A stretch of DNA of 64,000 nt, taken from assembly GCA_963663035.1 (NCBI GenBank), contig OY760074.1, positions 3,530,684 through 3,594,683 of the forward strand, given 5' to 3'. Origin of the DNA: Acidobacteriota bacterium (GTDB lineage: Bacteria > Acidobacteriota > UBA6911 > RPQK01 > JADFOI01). A program made the translations under genes and the position numbers. Below the pieces are notes generated by a model. That model did not search any database and was not told where the DNA came from. It saw nothing but the letters and a program-made list of their open reading frames with translations. The number at the start of each line of letters is the position of its first letter. Within the stretch, counting starts at the first letter, position 1. Shown here piece by piece: positions 1 through 9,925 of this stretch.

Positions 1-1
1 G

Positions 2-1246
2 ACCTATAACCGAGACCTGACAGGTCGTGACGGCCTACGGCGTGTGCTGGTGGACAGTCGTGGAAAGATTCTCCAGGATCTGGAGCAGATCGAGCCCATC
101 CGAGGAACGGATCTGACGCTGACCATTGATCTGGATATGCAGGCCATGGCAGAGACTCAACTGGGGGACAATGCGGGTGCAATCGTTGCCTTCCATGCGC
201 GCACTGGCGAGATCCTGGTGATGGCCAGCCGACCCGCCTTTGATCCCAACCAGTTTGCTACCCGCATTTCCACGGTAGAGTGGGAGCAACTGCTGGAGAA
301 TCCTGATCACCCACTTCAGAACCGGACGATCCAAAACAGTTTTTCCCCGGGATCGACTTTCAAGATAATTCTGGCAGTGGCTGGACTCGAGCTTGGGATT
401 ATCGATGCCGAGACTTCAGTTTTTTGTGATGGTGGCATAGATCTCTACGGGAACCGCTTTCATTGCTGGAAAGAAGGGGGGCACGGACACGTCAGTTTAC
501 GGGAAGCGATTCAGCATTCGTGCAACACCTACTTCTATGTTCTGGGACAAAAACTGGGCATCCAGGAGATTGCCAGCTTCAGTCGCCAATTGGGGCTGGG
601 CGCCCCCCTGGGAATTGATCTTCTGGGAGAGGCAGCTGGATTGGTTCCTTCAGAGGAGTGGAAAAGGCGGGTCACAGGAGAACCCTGGTATCCCGGTGAG
701 ACCATATCCTTGGCAATCGGTCAGGGTCCGATACTGGTGACGCCGGTTCAAATTGCTCGCGCCGTGGGTATCATCGCAACAGGAGAAAGCCCCAGACTCC
801 ATCTGTTGAAAGGGGAATCTCTCACCAGCTTGGCACCGGATCTGGGCTTTCAGCCCCCCGACTTGGCTCCGGAAAGCCTGCAAGCGGTCCGCGATGCGAT
901 GTGGAGTGTGGTCAATGAGGGAGGTACGGGTGCGGGTGCCCGGCTGGCCAATTTCCAGATCAGTGGAAAGACAGGAACTGCCCAAACGATCAGCCTTTCA
1001 ACGCGTGAAAGTTTGTCCGAGAGTGAAGCTGAGAGTTTTGAGTCCAATGCCTGGTTTGTCGGTTTTGCTCCCAGAGACAACCCCGAAATCGTTGTCGCGG
1101 TCATTGTGCAAAGAGGGGGTTCAGGAGGAAGCGGAGCTGCCCCTTTGGCCAGGGAGGTTTTCAGAGTCTACTACGAGAAGCATAAAACCCGTGGGCCTGC
1201 CGGCCTGGAAGTTGCTTCACAAGGCCAGCCGGAGGAAACCTTGTGA
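2..1246 (+). CDS. mrdA: Penicillin-binding protein 2, 5' end outside window
   Basis: Frame open from position 2; transpeptidase motifs STFK (PGSTFK), SCN and KTG; directly upstream of rodA. Confidence 0.93.
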   Translation, partial: TYNRDLTGRDGLRRVLVDSRGKILQDLEQIEPIRGTDLTLTIDLDMQAMAETQLGDNAGAIVAFHARTGEILVMASRPAFDPNQFATRISTVEWEQLLENPDHPLQNRTIQNSFSPGSTFKIILAVAGLELGIIDAETSVFCDGGIDLYGNRFHCWKEGGHGHVSLREAIQHSCNTYFYVLGQKLGIQEIASFSRQLGLGAPLGIDLLGEAAGLVPSEEWKRRVTGEPWYPGETISLAIGQGPILVTPVQIARAVGIIATGESPRLHLLKGESLTSLAPDLGFQPPDLAPESLQAVRDAMWSVVNEGGTGAGARLANFQISGKTGTAQTISLSTRESLSESEAESFESNAWFVGFAPRDNPEIVVAVIVQRGGSGGSGAAPLAREVFRVYYEKHKTRGPAGLEVASQGQPEETL

Positions 1247-2337
1247 AGTTTTCGGAACGAGGGATCCTCACACAATTCGATTACTCCCTCTTTTTGGGAG
1301 CCTTGCTTCTAACCCTGCTGGGAGCACTTGGAATCTATAATGCGAGTTCCGGAGGTGGGGACTACAGCATCTTCCTCCGCCACCTCTTGTGGATCGTCTT
1401 AGGAGTGAGAGTCTGTCTGTTTGTGATGTCCATCGATTATCACGTTCTGGCCGATCACGCCCTCCTTCTGTACGCTCTCTCGGCCTGCACCCTCATTGGA
1501 GTTCTCTTTTTCGGAACTGAGATCAACGGGAGTAAGAGTTGGATCACTCTTGGCGGAGTGAGTTTCCAACCGTCGGAGTTAGCCAAACTCACCGTCATCC
1601 TCCTCCTGGCGCGCTACCTGGGTGAACTCAATGAGAATCACCTGCGGCGCAAACATTTCCTCGTTCTCGCTGCCATCACTTTTCTGCCCATGATCCTGAT
1701 CACCACCCAGGGCGATCTGGGGACTGCTCTCATGTATCTTCCCATTCTCTTTGGAATGATGGTGGTGTCAGGTGTCAAGAGGCGACTTCTTGTCAGTGTT
1801 CTGATTGCCTCCCTGTGCATCGTTCCCTTGAGCTGGTTTCTGTTGCAGGATTACCAGAAACAACGCATTCTGGCGACCTTTGATCCGGGACTGGATCCCC
1901 AGGGGATCGGTTATCAATCCCGACAGTCTCAGATCGCCATCGGCTCGGGAGGCTTGTTTGGAAAGGGCCTTGGGCAGGGGTTGCAAAGCCAACTCGGATT
2001 TGTACCCGAGATCCATACCGATTTTATCTTTGCCATCCTGGCGGAAGAAATCGGCTTTGTCGGTGCCATCATCATTTTGATGCTCTACTTGCTGATTCTG
2101 ATGCGCTTGATTCGCATTGCTGAGACCGCCCGTGATCGCGTCGGCATCCTGCTGATTACGGGGGTTGCATGCCTCATGTTTTTTCATGTGGGGATCAATG
2201 TGGGAATGACTCTTGGAATCGTGCCTCCTATTGGTATTCCCCTTCCCCTGTTGAGTTATGGGGGATCCGCAACCGTCACCACCTTCGCTGCCCTGGGCCT
2301 GGCTCTGAGCGTCTATCAGCGGCGTTATTTCAATTAG
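1243..2337 (+). CDS. rodA: Rod shape-determining SEDS protein RodA
   Basis: Polytopic membrane protein with FQPSELAK, QGDLGTAL, PEIHTDFIF, GIPLPLLSYGGS motifs; GTG overlaps mrdA stop. Confidence 0.94.
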   Translation: MKFSERGILTQFDYSLFLGALLLTLLGALGIYNASSGGGDYSIFLRHLLWIVLGVRVCLFVMSIDYHVLADHALLLYALSACTLIGVLFFGTEINGSKSWITLGGVSFQPSELAKLTVILLLARYLGELNENHLRRKHFLVLAAITFLPMILITTQGDLGTALMYLPILFGMMVVSGVKRRLLVSVLIASLCIVPLSWFLLQDYQKQRILATFDPGLDPQGIGYQSRQSQIAIGSGGLFGKGLGQGLQSQLGFVPEIHTDFIFAILAEEIGFVGAIIILMLYLLILMRLIRIAETARDRVGILLITGVACLMFFHVGINVGMTLGIVPPIGIPLPLLSYGGSATVTTFAALGLALSVYQRRYFN

Positions 2338-2373
2338 GGGACGCCTACCACAATTCCCTTGTAACGGCTGCAC

Positions 2374-2403
2374 TTTACAGCATCTGGGCTCAATCGCTAT
2401 AAT
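2374..2403 (+). promoter_or_regulatory. Sigma70-like promoter upstream of rne
   Basis: TTTACA (2374-2379), 18 nt spacer, TATAAT (2398-2403), followed by an AT-rich tract. Confidence 0.55.
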
Positions 2404-2539
2404 AGTCCCTGTAATGATTAGTACCTTCAATACTTTTAGAAGTTTTATGTAAGGCTGTTTTTTAAGCTGTATTTTAAATAAAAGTTTTATTTTCAACGAT
2501 TTGGAGAAGCTTTTGGGACGGCAGGCCGACGCAAAAAGA

Positions 2540-2777
2540 CTAGCCTGCCTCGCTCACAAATGATCGATTACACTGGTGGAACCGTCTGCCGACAATGCGT
2601 TGCCCATGGGCGCTTGACAGCACGACTGCAGTGGCCTCGGGGTATCCGCTTGCGGGTCGCGCGCCTTGTCAGATAGCTGTTTCTGCCCGTGTCTATGGAA
2701 GAGAGTTTTCGTGTCAAGTAGTTTTCGATATCTATTGCCCGCCCTTTCGAGCTGCCAGCGGAAATGAGATGATCTAG
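2540..2777. mobile_element. Degenerate CTAG-bounded MITE-like element
   Basis: CTAG at both ends; contains GACTGC..GGGGTATCCGCTTGCGGGTCGC..GCCTTGTC core shared with elements at 24088, 31623 and 63247. Confidence 0.5.
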
Positions 2778-2878
2778 CCTCTTGAGGCCCATCTGCCGCT
2801 TGACGAAAAGGACTCTTCCTCCCTCCCAGCTTCTCCAGGTTGAACAGAAAGGCGAATGCGCAACACCTGGAAAGGACC

Positions 2879-4738
2879 ATGTCAAAAGAATTATTAATTA
2901 CATCGACGAGTGTAGAAACCAAGCTCGCCATCCTGGAAGACGATCAGGTCACTGAACTCTTCATTGAACGAGCTAAGAATAAGAGAATCCTGGGGAACAT
3001 TTATAAAGGAAAGGTGACCCGAGTGCTGCCGGGGATGCAGGCAGCCTTTGTAGATATCGGCCTGGGTCGGGACACTTTCCTCTATGTCTCGGATTTTTCC
3101 GAGGACTACGAGGAATATGAGGAGCTTTTCGAAGACGAAAAGGAAGACCTTAGGGGACCACGCCAGGACGGCTCCCCTAAAGCGTCAGCTGACTCCGACC
3201 TGGCCTCACCCCAACTCCCGGTTCCAGAGCCGGCAGCAGAAGTTGGACAGATCCTGCCACAGAATCTGGAGATCCCGGTGAGCTCCATCTCTCAGCAGAC
3301 AGCTGGGAGCAGCGGAGGTGACTGGCCGGCTCACAATGAGGAACAGGGTCCTCACATCATGCCCCGCTTCCTGCAGCCCATCGTGGAGCATCAGACCGGG
3401 GGTCTTCCTGAAGAGAGACCGTCCCCTCAAACAGCTCTCCTGGAAGAGAAAGCCGATCTGCCTCAGGTCGAGTCGTCTCGCAACTCCCGTAAACCCAGGC
3501 GGAAAAACTCCAATCACCGCAACGGGCAGGCGTTGATCGGTGACCTCCTGCAAAAAGGACAGGAAATATTGGTTCAGGTGGCTAAAGAGCCCATCGGTAA
3601 AAAAGGGGCTCGTATTACCTCTCATAGCGTCTTGCCCGGACGTTACCTGGTTTTTATGCCGACCGTTGAACACGTTGGGGTGTCCAGAAGAATTGTGCGT
3701 GACACAGAGCGTAAACGCCTCAGAGACATGATTGTCAAGCTGCGCGGCGATTCCGAAAAAGGGTTCATTGTGCGAACGGTGGGAGAAAATCATGCTGAAG
3801 CAGATTTTCGCAAAGACCTGCTCTATCTCACCAGGCTGTGGGAGGATATCCGTCGGAAGGCGGAGAAAAGCTCGGCTCCAGCCCTGGTCTATGCGGAACC
3901 CAGCTTGAGTCAACGGGTGGTGCGGGACCACTTCTCCAAAGATTACCGGGCCATTCGTGTGGACGATGAGGAGGAGTACACAAGGATTGTCGATTTTGTT
4001 AATCAATTCAATCCCGAGCTGGTTCAGCGAGTGCGCCTCTATAAGAAGAAGAAACCACTCTTTGATGCCTACCAGGTGACAACTGAGATTGAGAAGGCCT
4101 TGCGGCAAAAGGTCTGGCTCAAGAACGGCCGCTACATCGTCATCAATCAGACCGAGGCTCTGGTGGCGATTGATGTCAATACCGGTCGGTTCGTGGGAAA
4201 CACCAGTTCCCTGGAAGATACAATCACCAAAACGAATCTGGATGCAGTCAAAGAGATCGTTCGTCAGATTCGTCTTCGTGATCTGGGGGGGATCATTGTC
4301 ATCGATTTTATTGACATGGACGAGAAGAAGAATCGCCAGAAAGTCATGAGTGCGCTCCAGACGGAGTTGGATAAGGACAAATCACCTTCCAGGATGCTCG
4401 AAGTCAACGAGTTTGGATTGGTGGCAATCACCCGAAAGCGAGTCAAGCAGTCGCTGGAGAGACTGCTGTGCCAGCCCTGCACGACCTGCCAGGGAACCGG
4501 TATGACAAGATCAGTGCGGACGGTTTGCTACTCCATTCACGAGCAAGTTCAAAAGATGATCTCCGGTTTGGGGGACAGCCAGGAACTCATGATTCGCTGC
4601 CATCCAGATGTCGGTAAGGCACTCCGGGGCGGCGAAAAAGGAGTGATGAGGGAGATGGAAGAGATGACCGGCAAAGCCGTTTCCGTTCAACCCGATCCCC
4701 TGATGCACATCGAACACTTCGATGTCATCGAAATGTAA
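2879..4738 (+). CDS. rne: Rne/Rng family ribonuclease
   Basis: GNIYKGKVTRVLPGMQAAFVDIG S1 start, QVAKEPIGKKGAR, IDVNTG, GGIIVIDFIDM, CxxC Zn-link; ATG 2879 with GAAAGGA RBS. Confidence 0.92.
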   Translation: MSKELLITSTSVETKLAILEDDQVTELFIERAKNKRILGNIYKGKVTRVLPGMQAAFVDIGLGRDTFLYVSDFSEDYEEYEELFEDEKEDLRGPRQDGSPKASADSDLASPQLPVPEPAAEVGQILPQNLEIPVSSISQQTAGSSGGDWPAHNEEQGPHIMPRFLQPIVEHQTGGLPEERPSPQTALLEEKADLPQVESSRNSRKPRRKNSNHRNGQALIGDLLQKGQEILVQVAKEPIGKKGARITSHSVLPGRYLVFMPTVEHVGVSRRIVRDTERKRLRDMIVKLRGDSEKGFIVRTVGENHAEADFRKDLLYLTRLWEDIRRKAEKSSAPALVYAEPSLSQRVVRDHFSKDYRAIRVDDEEEYTRIVDFVNQFNPELVQRVRLYKKKKPLFDAYQVTTEIEKALRQKVWLKNGRYIVINQTEALVAIDVNTGRFVGNTSSLEDTITKTNLDAVKEIVRQIRLRDLGGIIVIDFIDMDEKKNRQKVMSALQTELDKDKSPSRMLEVNEFGLVAITRKRVKQSLERLLCQPCTTCQGTGMTRSVRTVCYSIHEQVQKMISGLGDSQELMIRCHPDVGKALRGGEKGVMREMEEMTGKAVSVQPDPLMHIEHFDVIEM

Positions 4739-4761
4739 AACAAGAGACTCTTCCTTCACCA

Positions 4762-5562
4762 TTGGGAAACTACTTTCAGAAACTACTGGACCTGATGGAT
4801 ACTCTGCGGGGACCGGAGGGTTGCCCCTGGGATCAGGAGCAGACCCGAGAGACACTGAAGCCCCTGCTGGTGGAAGAAGCTTTCGAAGTTCTGGAGGCTC
4901 TGGATGGATCGGACTCAGCTGAGTTATGTGAAGAATTGGGAGATCTGCTCTTCCAAGTGATTTTTCACAGCCGCATTGCCAAGGAGAAGGGAGAGTTTGA
5001 TATCCACGACGTGTGTCGCAGAAGCTACGAAAAGATGGTTCATCGCCACCCTCACGTTTTTGGAGAGGAGTCTTTCCGGGATTCTCGCGAACTGTTGAGA
5101 CAATGGGAGGATATCAAGACCGCTGAAAGGAAATCTGCCGGGCTGGAAACGACTCGGGAGTCCATACTGGATGGAATTCCAGAAAATATTCCAGCTCTGT
5201 ACGCCACTTATCAGATGTCTTCAAAGGCGGCTCGGGTTGGATTTGATTGGAACGGTATCGAGGAGATCCGCGATAAGGTCCTGGAGGAGTTTGAAGAGCT
5301 TCAGGATGCGCTCCAAGGGGGAGAGGAGAATGAGATCCGGGAAGAGGTAGGTGACCTGCTTTTCGCCGCTCTCAACATTGCTCGTTATCTTCAAATTGAT
5401 CCTGAAACGGCACTCACCCGGGCCAATCGAAAATTCTCAGCACGCTTTAAGACAATGGAAAAGCACTTTACCTCTCAGGGGAGAGCTCTCAAAGAGATTT
5501 CTGTGGAAGAAATGGAAGCCTTTTGGAAAAATCAAAAAAGAACAGGGGAAGAACATGGATGA
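4762..5562 (+). CDS. mazG: Nucleoside triphosphate pyrophosphohydrolase MazG
   Basis: GCPWDQEQT, EELGDLLFQVIFH, RHPHVFG, second EEVGDLLFA domain. Confidence 0.94.
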   Translation: MGNYFQKLLDLMDTLRGPEGCPWDQEQTRETLKPLLVEEAFEVLEALDGSDSAELCEELGDLLFQVIFHSRIAKEKGEFDIHDVCRRSYEKMVHRHPHVFGEESFRDSRELLRQWEDIKTAERKSAGLETTRESILDGIPENIPALYATYQMSSKAARVGFDWNGIEEIRDKVLEEFEELQDALQGGEENEIREEVGDLLFAALNIARYLQIDPETALTRANRKFSARFKTMEKHFTSQGRALKEISVEEMEAFWKNQKRTGEEHG

Positions 5563-6202
5563 CGAAAGAGAAGAACAGCAGCAGAGCGGATTCAAGGTGA
5601 CCGATCGTCGCCAGTTTACTTCCGAAGGGGAGACCCGCGAGGAGGATCCACAGCAGCCAGCTCCCCAGGAGCAAGAGCCTGCTCCCCAGGAGCAAGAGCC
5701 TGCTCCCCAGGAGCAAGAGCCTGCTCCCCAGGAGCAAGAGCCTGCTCCCCAGGAGCAAGAGCCTGCTCCCCAGGAGCAAGAGCCTGCTCCCCAAGAGCAA
5801 CAGCCTGCTCCCCAAGAGCAACAGCCTGCTCCCCAAGAGCAACAGCCTGCTCCCCAAGAGCAACAGCCTGCTCCCCAAGAGCAACAGCCTGCTGCGGAAG
5901 CCAGTCAGGAAGAGGAAGCCTCGCAAGCCTCCCCACAGGACTCGTCAAGGTCAGTGGATTTTGCCTCTTTTCTTCTCTCCCTTGCCACCACCGGGATGGT
6001 CCATCTGGGGGAGATCCCCGAACCCAGTACGGGACAGAAATCCGAAGACCTGGAAGGGGCGCGTCAGATGATCGAGATCCTGGACATCATGAAGGTAAAG
6101 ACAGAGGGAAACCTGTCAGGCGAGGAATCCAAGTTGCTGGAGAACTTGCTGTATGAACTGCGCATGAAGTTCCTGAGTAAATCCAAAGCCGTGGAGCTCT
6201 GA
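5555..6202 (+). CDS. DUF1844-family protein with Pro/Gln/Glu tandem-repeat linker
   Basis: N-terminal GFKVTDRRQF; C-terminal FASFLLSL..LG..P..ARQMIEIL..KTEGNL..LYELRMKF. Confidence 0.85.
   Translation: MDDEREEQQQSGFKVTDRRQFTSEGETREEDPQQPAPQEQEPAPQEQEPAPQEQEPAPQEQEPAPQEQEPAPQEQEPAPQEQQPAPQEQQPAPQEQQPAPQEQQPAPQEQQPAAEASQEEEASQASPQDSSRSVDFASFLLSLATTGMVHLGEIPEPSTGQKSEDLEGARQMIEILDIMKVKTEGNLSGEESKLLENLLYELRMKFLSKSKAVEL
5657..5893 (+). repeat. 21-bp coding tandem repeat, 11 units (PAPQEQE x6 then PAPQEQQ x5)
   Basis: CCTGCTCCCCAGGAGCAAGAG and CCTGCTCCCCAAGAGCAACAG units read directly. Confidence 0.97.
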
Positions 6203-6957
6203 TGCGGGTCATCTTCCTAGGGACTGGAACTTCACGTGGAATTCCGACCGTGGGCTGTGACTGTAGAGTCTGCACATCCTCCAATCCTAAGAACAAGCGG
6301 CTGCGCTCTTCGATTTTAATCGAAGGTGAGGCCAACGTGGTGATTGATACATCTGTAGACTTTCGTGCCCAGATGCTGCGACAGAATGTGAAGCATGTGG
6401 ATGCCGTCCTCTATACTCATTCCCACGCCGATCATATTCTGGGCCTGGATGATGTTTACCCCTTCAATCTGTGGTCCAAAAGAACCACCCGGCTCTATGC
6501 CAGCCCGGCAACCCTCAAGGAGGTGAAGATTACCTTCCGGCACCTGTTTAAGGGAGAGTTTCGATCGGGTGTCCCCTGTGTGGAATTGATTCCGATTGAG
6601 GGTCATTTTCGGATCGGGGATCTGGATTTTGAACCGGTGGAAGTCCTGCACGGTGATCTGCCGGTTCTGGGATTTCGGGTGGGCAGCTTCGCCTATGTGA
6701 CGGATGTCAGCTTTATCCCGGAGAAGAGCCTTGAGCAACTGAAGGGACTCGAATGCCTGGTGCTGGACGGCCTTCGCTACGACAGTCATCCCAAACATTT
6801 CAGCCTTTCTGAAGCAGCTGAAATGGCGCAGAGACTGGGTGCCGGGAAAACCTATTTAGTGCATATGAATCACGATGTCGACCATGACGAGGGAAATGCC
6901 TGTTTACCCGCATCGGTGAGGTTGGCTTACGACGGTCAGATACTGGAGATTGCCTAA
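6202..6957 (+). CDS. MBL-fold metallohydrolase (PhnP-like)
   Basis: LGTGTSRGIP..GCDCRVC, THSHADHILG, AYVTD, HFS motifs. Confidence 0.88.
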   Translation: MRVIFLGTGTSRGIPTVGCDCRVCTSSNPKNKRLRSSILIEGEANVVIDTSVDFRAQMLRQNVKHVDAVLYTHSHADHILGLDDVYPFNLWSKRTTRLYASPATLKEVKITFRHLFKGEFRSGVPCVELIPIEGHFRIGDLDFEPVEVLHGDLPVLGFRVGSFAYVTDVSFIPEKSLEQLKGLECLVLDGLRYDSHPKHFSLSEAAEMAQRLGAGKTYLVHMNHDVDHDEGNACLPASVRLAYDGQILEIA

Positions 6958-6963
6958 CCCGTC

Positions 6964-7929
6964 ATGCAAATCATCCATGATCTGACCCAGTTTCCTCGAT
7001 CTTTGAACTTTCCAATCATGACCATCGGTGTCTTCGATGGAGTTCATCGTGGACATCAGGTGATCCTCGAGCAGTTAGTGAAGCGAGCAGGAGAAAAGAA
7101 AGGGACGTCGATTCTACTGACCTTTTCCCCTCACCCCCAGAAGATCATTTCTCCCAACGACGCGCCTCCTCTTCTTCAAACAGAACTTCAGAAAGAAAAG
7201 ATGCTGGAAGAGTTCGAACTGGACTTGATCGTGTGCCTGCCCTTTACTCGAAAGCTTTCTCTTCACACTCCGGCAGACTTTGCGCGCCAGATCTTGCATA
7301 ATCACGGGATCCGCGAAATTCATGTTGGGAGCAATTTTCGCTTTGGCCACCGGCGCGCCGGAGACATAGAAACTCTCAGGTCCCTGGGAGAGGAGTTCCA
7401 GTTCGAGGTTCACGAGATCGAACCCGTTTACTTGCGTGGCACCCGCATCAGCAGCAGTTACATTCGGGATCTGCTGAGAAAGGGAAGAGTGGCTCTGGCC
7501 AAGCGTTTGCTCAAACGCCCCTACCAGATACAGGGTCTTGTGGTGCGCGGGTCAGGGAAGGGAGTGGAACTGGGATTTCCAACTGCCAATCTGGAACTGG
7601 AAAATGAACTTATTCCTGCCAACGGAGTTTATGCGACCCGGGTTCATCTCGATGGGCAGATCTACCCCAGTGTCACCAATGTGGGACATCGCCCCACCGT
7701 GCATGAGGGGACCAGCGGTGCTCCCGTCGTGGAACCTCATCTGCTGGACTTCCAGGAGGATATTTACGGTAGACAGATGAAGCTGGATTTCTGTTTTCGT
7801 CTCAGAGCGGAGAAGAAGTTTGAAAGTATCGGCAAGCTTCAAGAACAGATCGCCAGGGATGTAGCTGCAACCCGCAAGTATCTGAAGCGCATCAAAGACA
7901 GGGGTTTAGGAGGGAACAGTGCCCATTAG
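6964..7929 (+). CDS. ribF: Bifunctional riboflavin kinase/FAD synthetase
   Basis: GVFDGVHRGH, ISSSYIR, GFPTAN, NVGHRPT motifs. Confidence 0.95.
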   Translation: MQIIHDLTQFPRSLNFPIMTIGVFDGVHRGHQVILEQLVKRAGEKKGTSILLTFSPHPQKIISPNDAPPLLQTELQKEKMLEEFELDLIVCLPFTRKLSLHTPADFARQILHNHGIREIHVGSNFRFGHRRAGDIETLRSLGEEFQFEVHEIEPVYLRGTRISSSYIRDLLRKGRVALAKRLLKRPYQIQGLVVRGSGKGVELGFPTANLELENELIPANGVYATRVHLDGQIYPSVTNVGHRPTVHEGTSGAPVVEPHLLDFQEDIYGRQMKLDFCFRLRAEKKFESIGKLQEQIARDVAATRKYLKRIKDRGLGGNSAH

Positions 7930-8218
7930 CACCGCAGAAGTTGAGAAGATTGCCGAGCTGGCCAAATTGAAGTTCGATTCCCAGGAGTTGGAACGATTTG
8001 TCGACCAGTTCCAGGAGATCCTGGAGTACATTGCCAAGCTGGAGGCGGTGCCGACTGAGGAGGTGGAACCCACCTATCAAGCTCTTGGCCAGGAGGAGGA
8101 CCTGGCCACACCCACCCGAGAGGATGAGGTTAAGCCTTGCTTTCCCGTGGAGACGGCCCTGGCCAATGCGCCGGACTCCAGTGAAGACCATTTTCGCGTC
8201 CCTCCGGTGATTGAATAG
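7919..8218 (+). CDS. gatC: Asp/Glu-tRNA amidotransferase subunit C
   Basis: 99 aa, EVEKIAELAKL...RED...ALANAP...FRVPPVI; upstream of gatA. Confidence 0.93.
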   Translation: MPISTAEVEKIAELAKLKFDSQELERFVDQFQEILEYIAKLEAVPTEEVEPTYQALGQEEDLATPTREDEVKPCFPVETALANAPDSSEDHFRVPPVIE

Positions 8219-8382
8219 TGTCTCGTCCCATGAATAGCATGACGTTTGTGGCGAGCGCGACGGCATCGATTTCTTTGTCGCTCCTCCTCCACGATGTCAC
8301 AGACATCGCGTCGTCGTCGCTTCGCGAACTCGACGCCGTCGCGCTCGCCACAAACGTCATGCTATTCATGGGACGAGACACT
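8217..8382. mobile_element. Near-perfect palindromic MITE between gatC and gatA
   Basis: Long terminal inverted repeat AGTGTCTCGTCCCATGAATAGCATGACGTTTGTGGCGAGCGCGACGGC with exact complement at right end; inner hairpin CGATGTC-ACA-GACATCG. Confidence 0.9.
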
Positions 8383-8386
8383 TAAG

Positions 8387-9859
8387 ATGAGCGAGCTTTG
8401 CCAGCTTTCCATCCGAGAACTCCGCCAGCGAATCCAGGACGGGGATTCATCAGTCACAGAAATCACCCAGAGCTTTTTGGATCGGATCCAGCTGTGCGAC
8501 GAGAAGGTCAAGGCGTTCTTGACTCTCGAGCCGGAGTCGGTTCTCGCCCAGGCCGAAAAGCTGGATCAAGAGCTTGCTGAGGGGAAGTCCGGAAACGGAC
8601 TTCTCACGGGAATCCCCATTGCCATCAAGGACAATATGGTCACCCAGGGCGTTCGAACCACCTGCGCTTCCCGCATTCTGGAGAACTATATCCCTCCCTA
8701 TGATGCCACCGTGATTGGAAAGCTGACTCAAAATGGAGCTGTTCTGATAGGAAAGACCAATTGTGACGAATTTTCCATGGGCTCCAGTACGGAAAACTCC
8801 GCTTTTTTTCCGACCTGCAATCCATGGGATCTGGAACGGGTTCCCGGGGGATCAAGCGGAGGTTCAGCTGCAGCGGTGGCTGCCAGGGAAGTGCCAGGGG
8901 CGCTGGGCAGTGATACGGGAGGCTCGATCCGCCAGCCGGCGGCATTCTGCGGAATCGTGGGTCTCAAGCCCACCTATGGCCGGGTGTCTCGCTACGGTCT
9001 GGTTGCCTTTGCTTCCTCTCTTGACCAGATTGGTCCGCTGGGTAGCAGCGTCTATGATGTGGCCATCCTGCTTCAGGCAATCGCCGGAGCGGATCCCAAT
9101 GATTCCACTTCGGTTGCGCGTCCCGTGGAAAACTATCTGAGCGAGCTCGACCAGAACAAGGATGTCAAAGGTCTCAAGATAGGAGTCCCCAAGGAGTGGT
9201 TCGGATCCGCCCTGGATCCACAGATCGAGCAGAGCATTCAAGCGGCTCTCCAGAAGCTGGAAGGACTGGGGTGTCCAGTGGTCGAGGTCAGTATGCCCCA
9301 GACAGAGTACGCCATCAGCACCTATTACATCATCGCTCCCGCTGAGGCCAGTTCGAACCTGGCGCGCTATGATGGGGTCAAGTACGGGCACCGTAGTGCC
9401 GGTCAGGAAGACCTTGAGAGTATGTTCAAGTTTACCCGCAGTGAGGGGTTCGGTGAAGAGGTCAAGCGACGGATCATGATCGGGACTTACGTTCTGAGTT
9501 CCGGTTACTATGATGCTTATTTTTTAAAGGCCGGCAAGGTTCGAACTCTTTTGAAAAACGATTATCTGGAAGCCTTCAAGAAGGTGGATTTCCTGGTGGG
9601 ACCCACCACTCCTTCACTTCCTTTCAAGATGGGAGAGAAGAAGACCGATCCGCTGGAGATGTATCTGACCGACATCTACACCGTGACGGCCAATCTGGCT
9701 GGCATCCCGGGTCTGTCCATGCCCTGTGGCTTCAGCCAGGAGGGCCTTCCCATCGGCCTGCAAATCCAGGCTCCTCACTTTCAGGAAGCAAAGCTCCTGC
9801 GTCTGGCTCATGCCTTGGAAGAAGCACTGGACGTCCAAAAACCGGCTCTAGCAGTGTGA
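8387..9859 (+). CDS. gatA: Asp/Glu-tRNA amidotransferase subunit A
   Basis: [38 protein letters not shown]; ATG at 8387 (upstream ORF extension lies within the MITE). Confidence 0.96.
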   Translation: MSELCQLSIRELRQRIQDGDSSVTEITQSFLDRIQLCDEKVKAFLTLEPESVLAQAEKLDQELAEGKSGNGLLTGIPIAIKDNMVTQGVRTTCASRILENYIPPYDATVIGKLTQNGAVLIGKTNCDEFSMGSSTENSAFFPTCNPWDLERVPGGSSGGSAAAVAAREVPGALGSDTGGSIRQPAAFCGIVGLKPTYGRVSRYGLVAFASSLDQIGPLGSSVYDVAILLQAIAGADPNDSTSVARPVENYLSELDQNKDVKGLKIGVPKEWFGSALDPQIEQSIQAALQKLEGLGCPVVEVSMPQTEYAISTYYIIAPAEASSNLARYDGVKYGHRSAGQEDLESMFKFTRSEGFGEEVKRRIMIGTYVLSSGYYDAYFLKAGKVRTLLKNDYLEAFKKVDFLVGPTTPSLPFKMGEKKTDPLEMYLTDIYTVTANLAGIPGLSMPCGFSQEGLPIGLQIQAPHFQEAKLLRLAHALEEALDVQKPALAV

Positions 9860-9925
9860 GGGAAGTAAGGGCGGTCGGGAGAATGTGGGAGTGGCCTCAG
9901 GCCGCGAAGAGGTGTCGAACATCAC

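Noticed and set aside
2400-2500. AT-rich tract as possible oriC
   Set aside because: No DnaA boxes (TTATCCACA-like) or dnaA/dnaN nearby
3100-3530. Low-complexity insertion in the Rne S1 domain
   Set aside because: Variable insertions at this position are common in Rne/Rng proteins; no intein motifs seen
5489-5948. Antisense ORFs with LLLGSR and ALAPGEQ repeats; possible CRISPR-like array
   Set aside because: Shadows of the 21-bp coding repeat; the units are contiguous with no spacers
8246-8386. 47-aa N-terminal extension of GatA in the ORF track
   Set aside because: Lies inside the palindromic element; homology starts at ATG 8387
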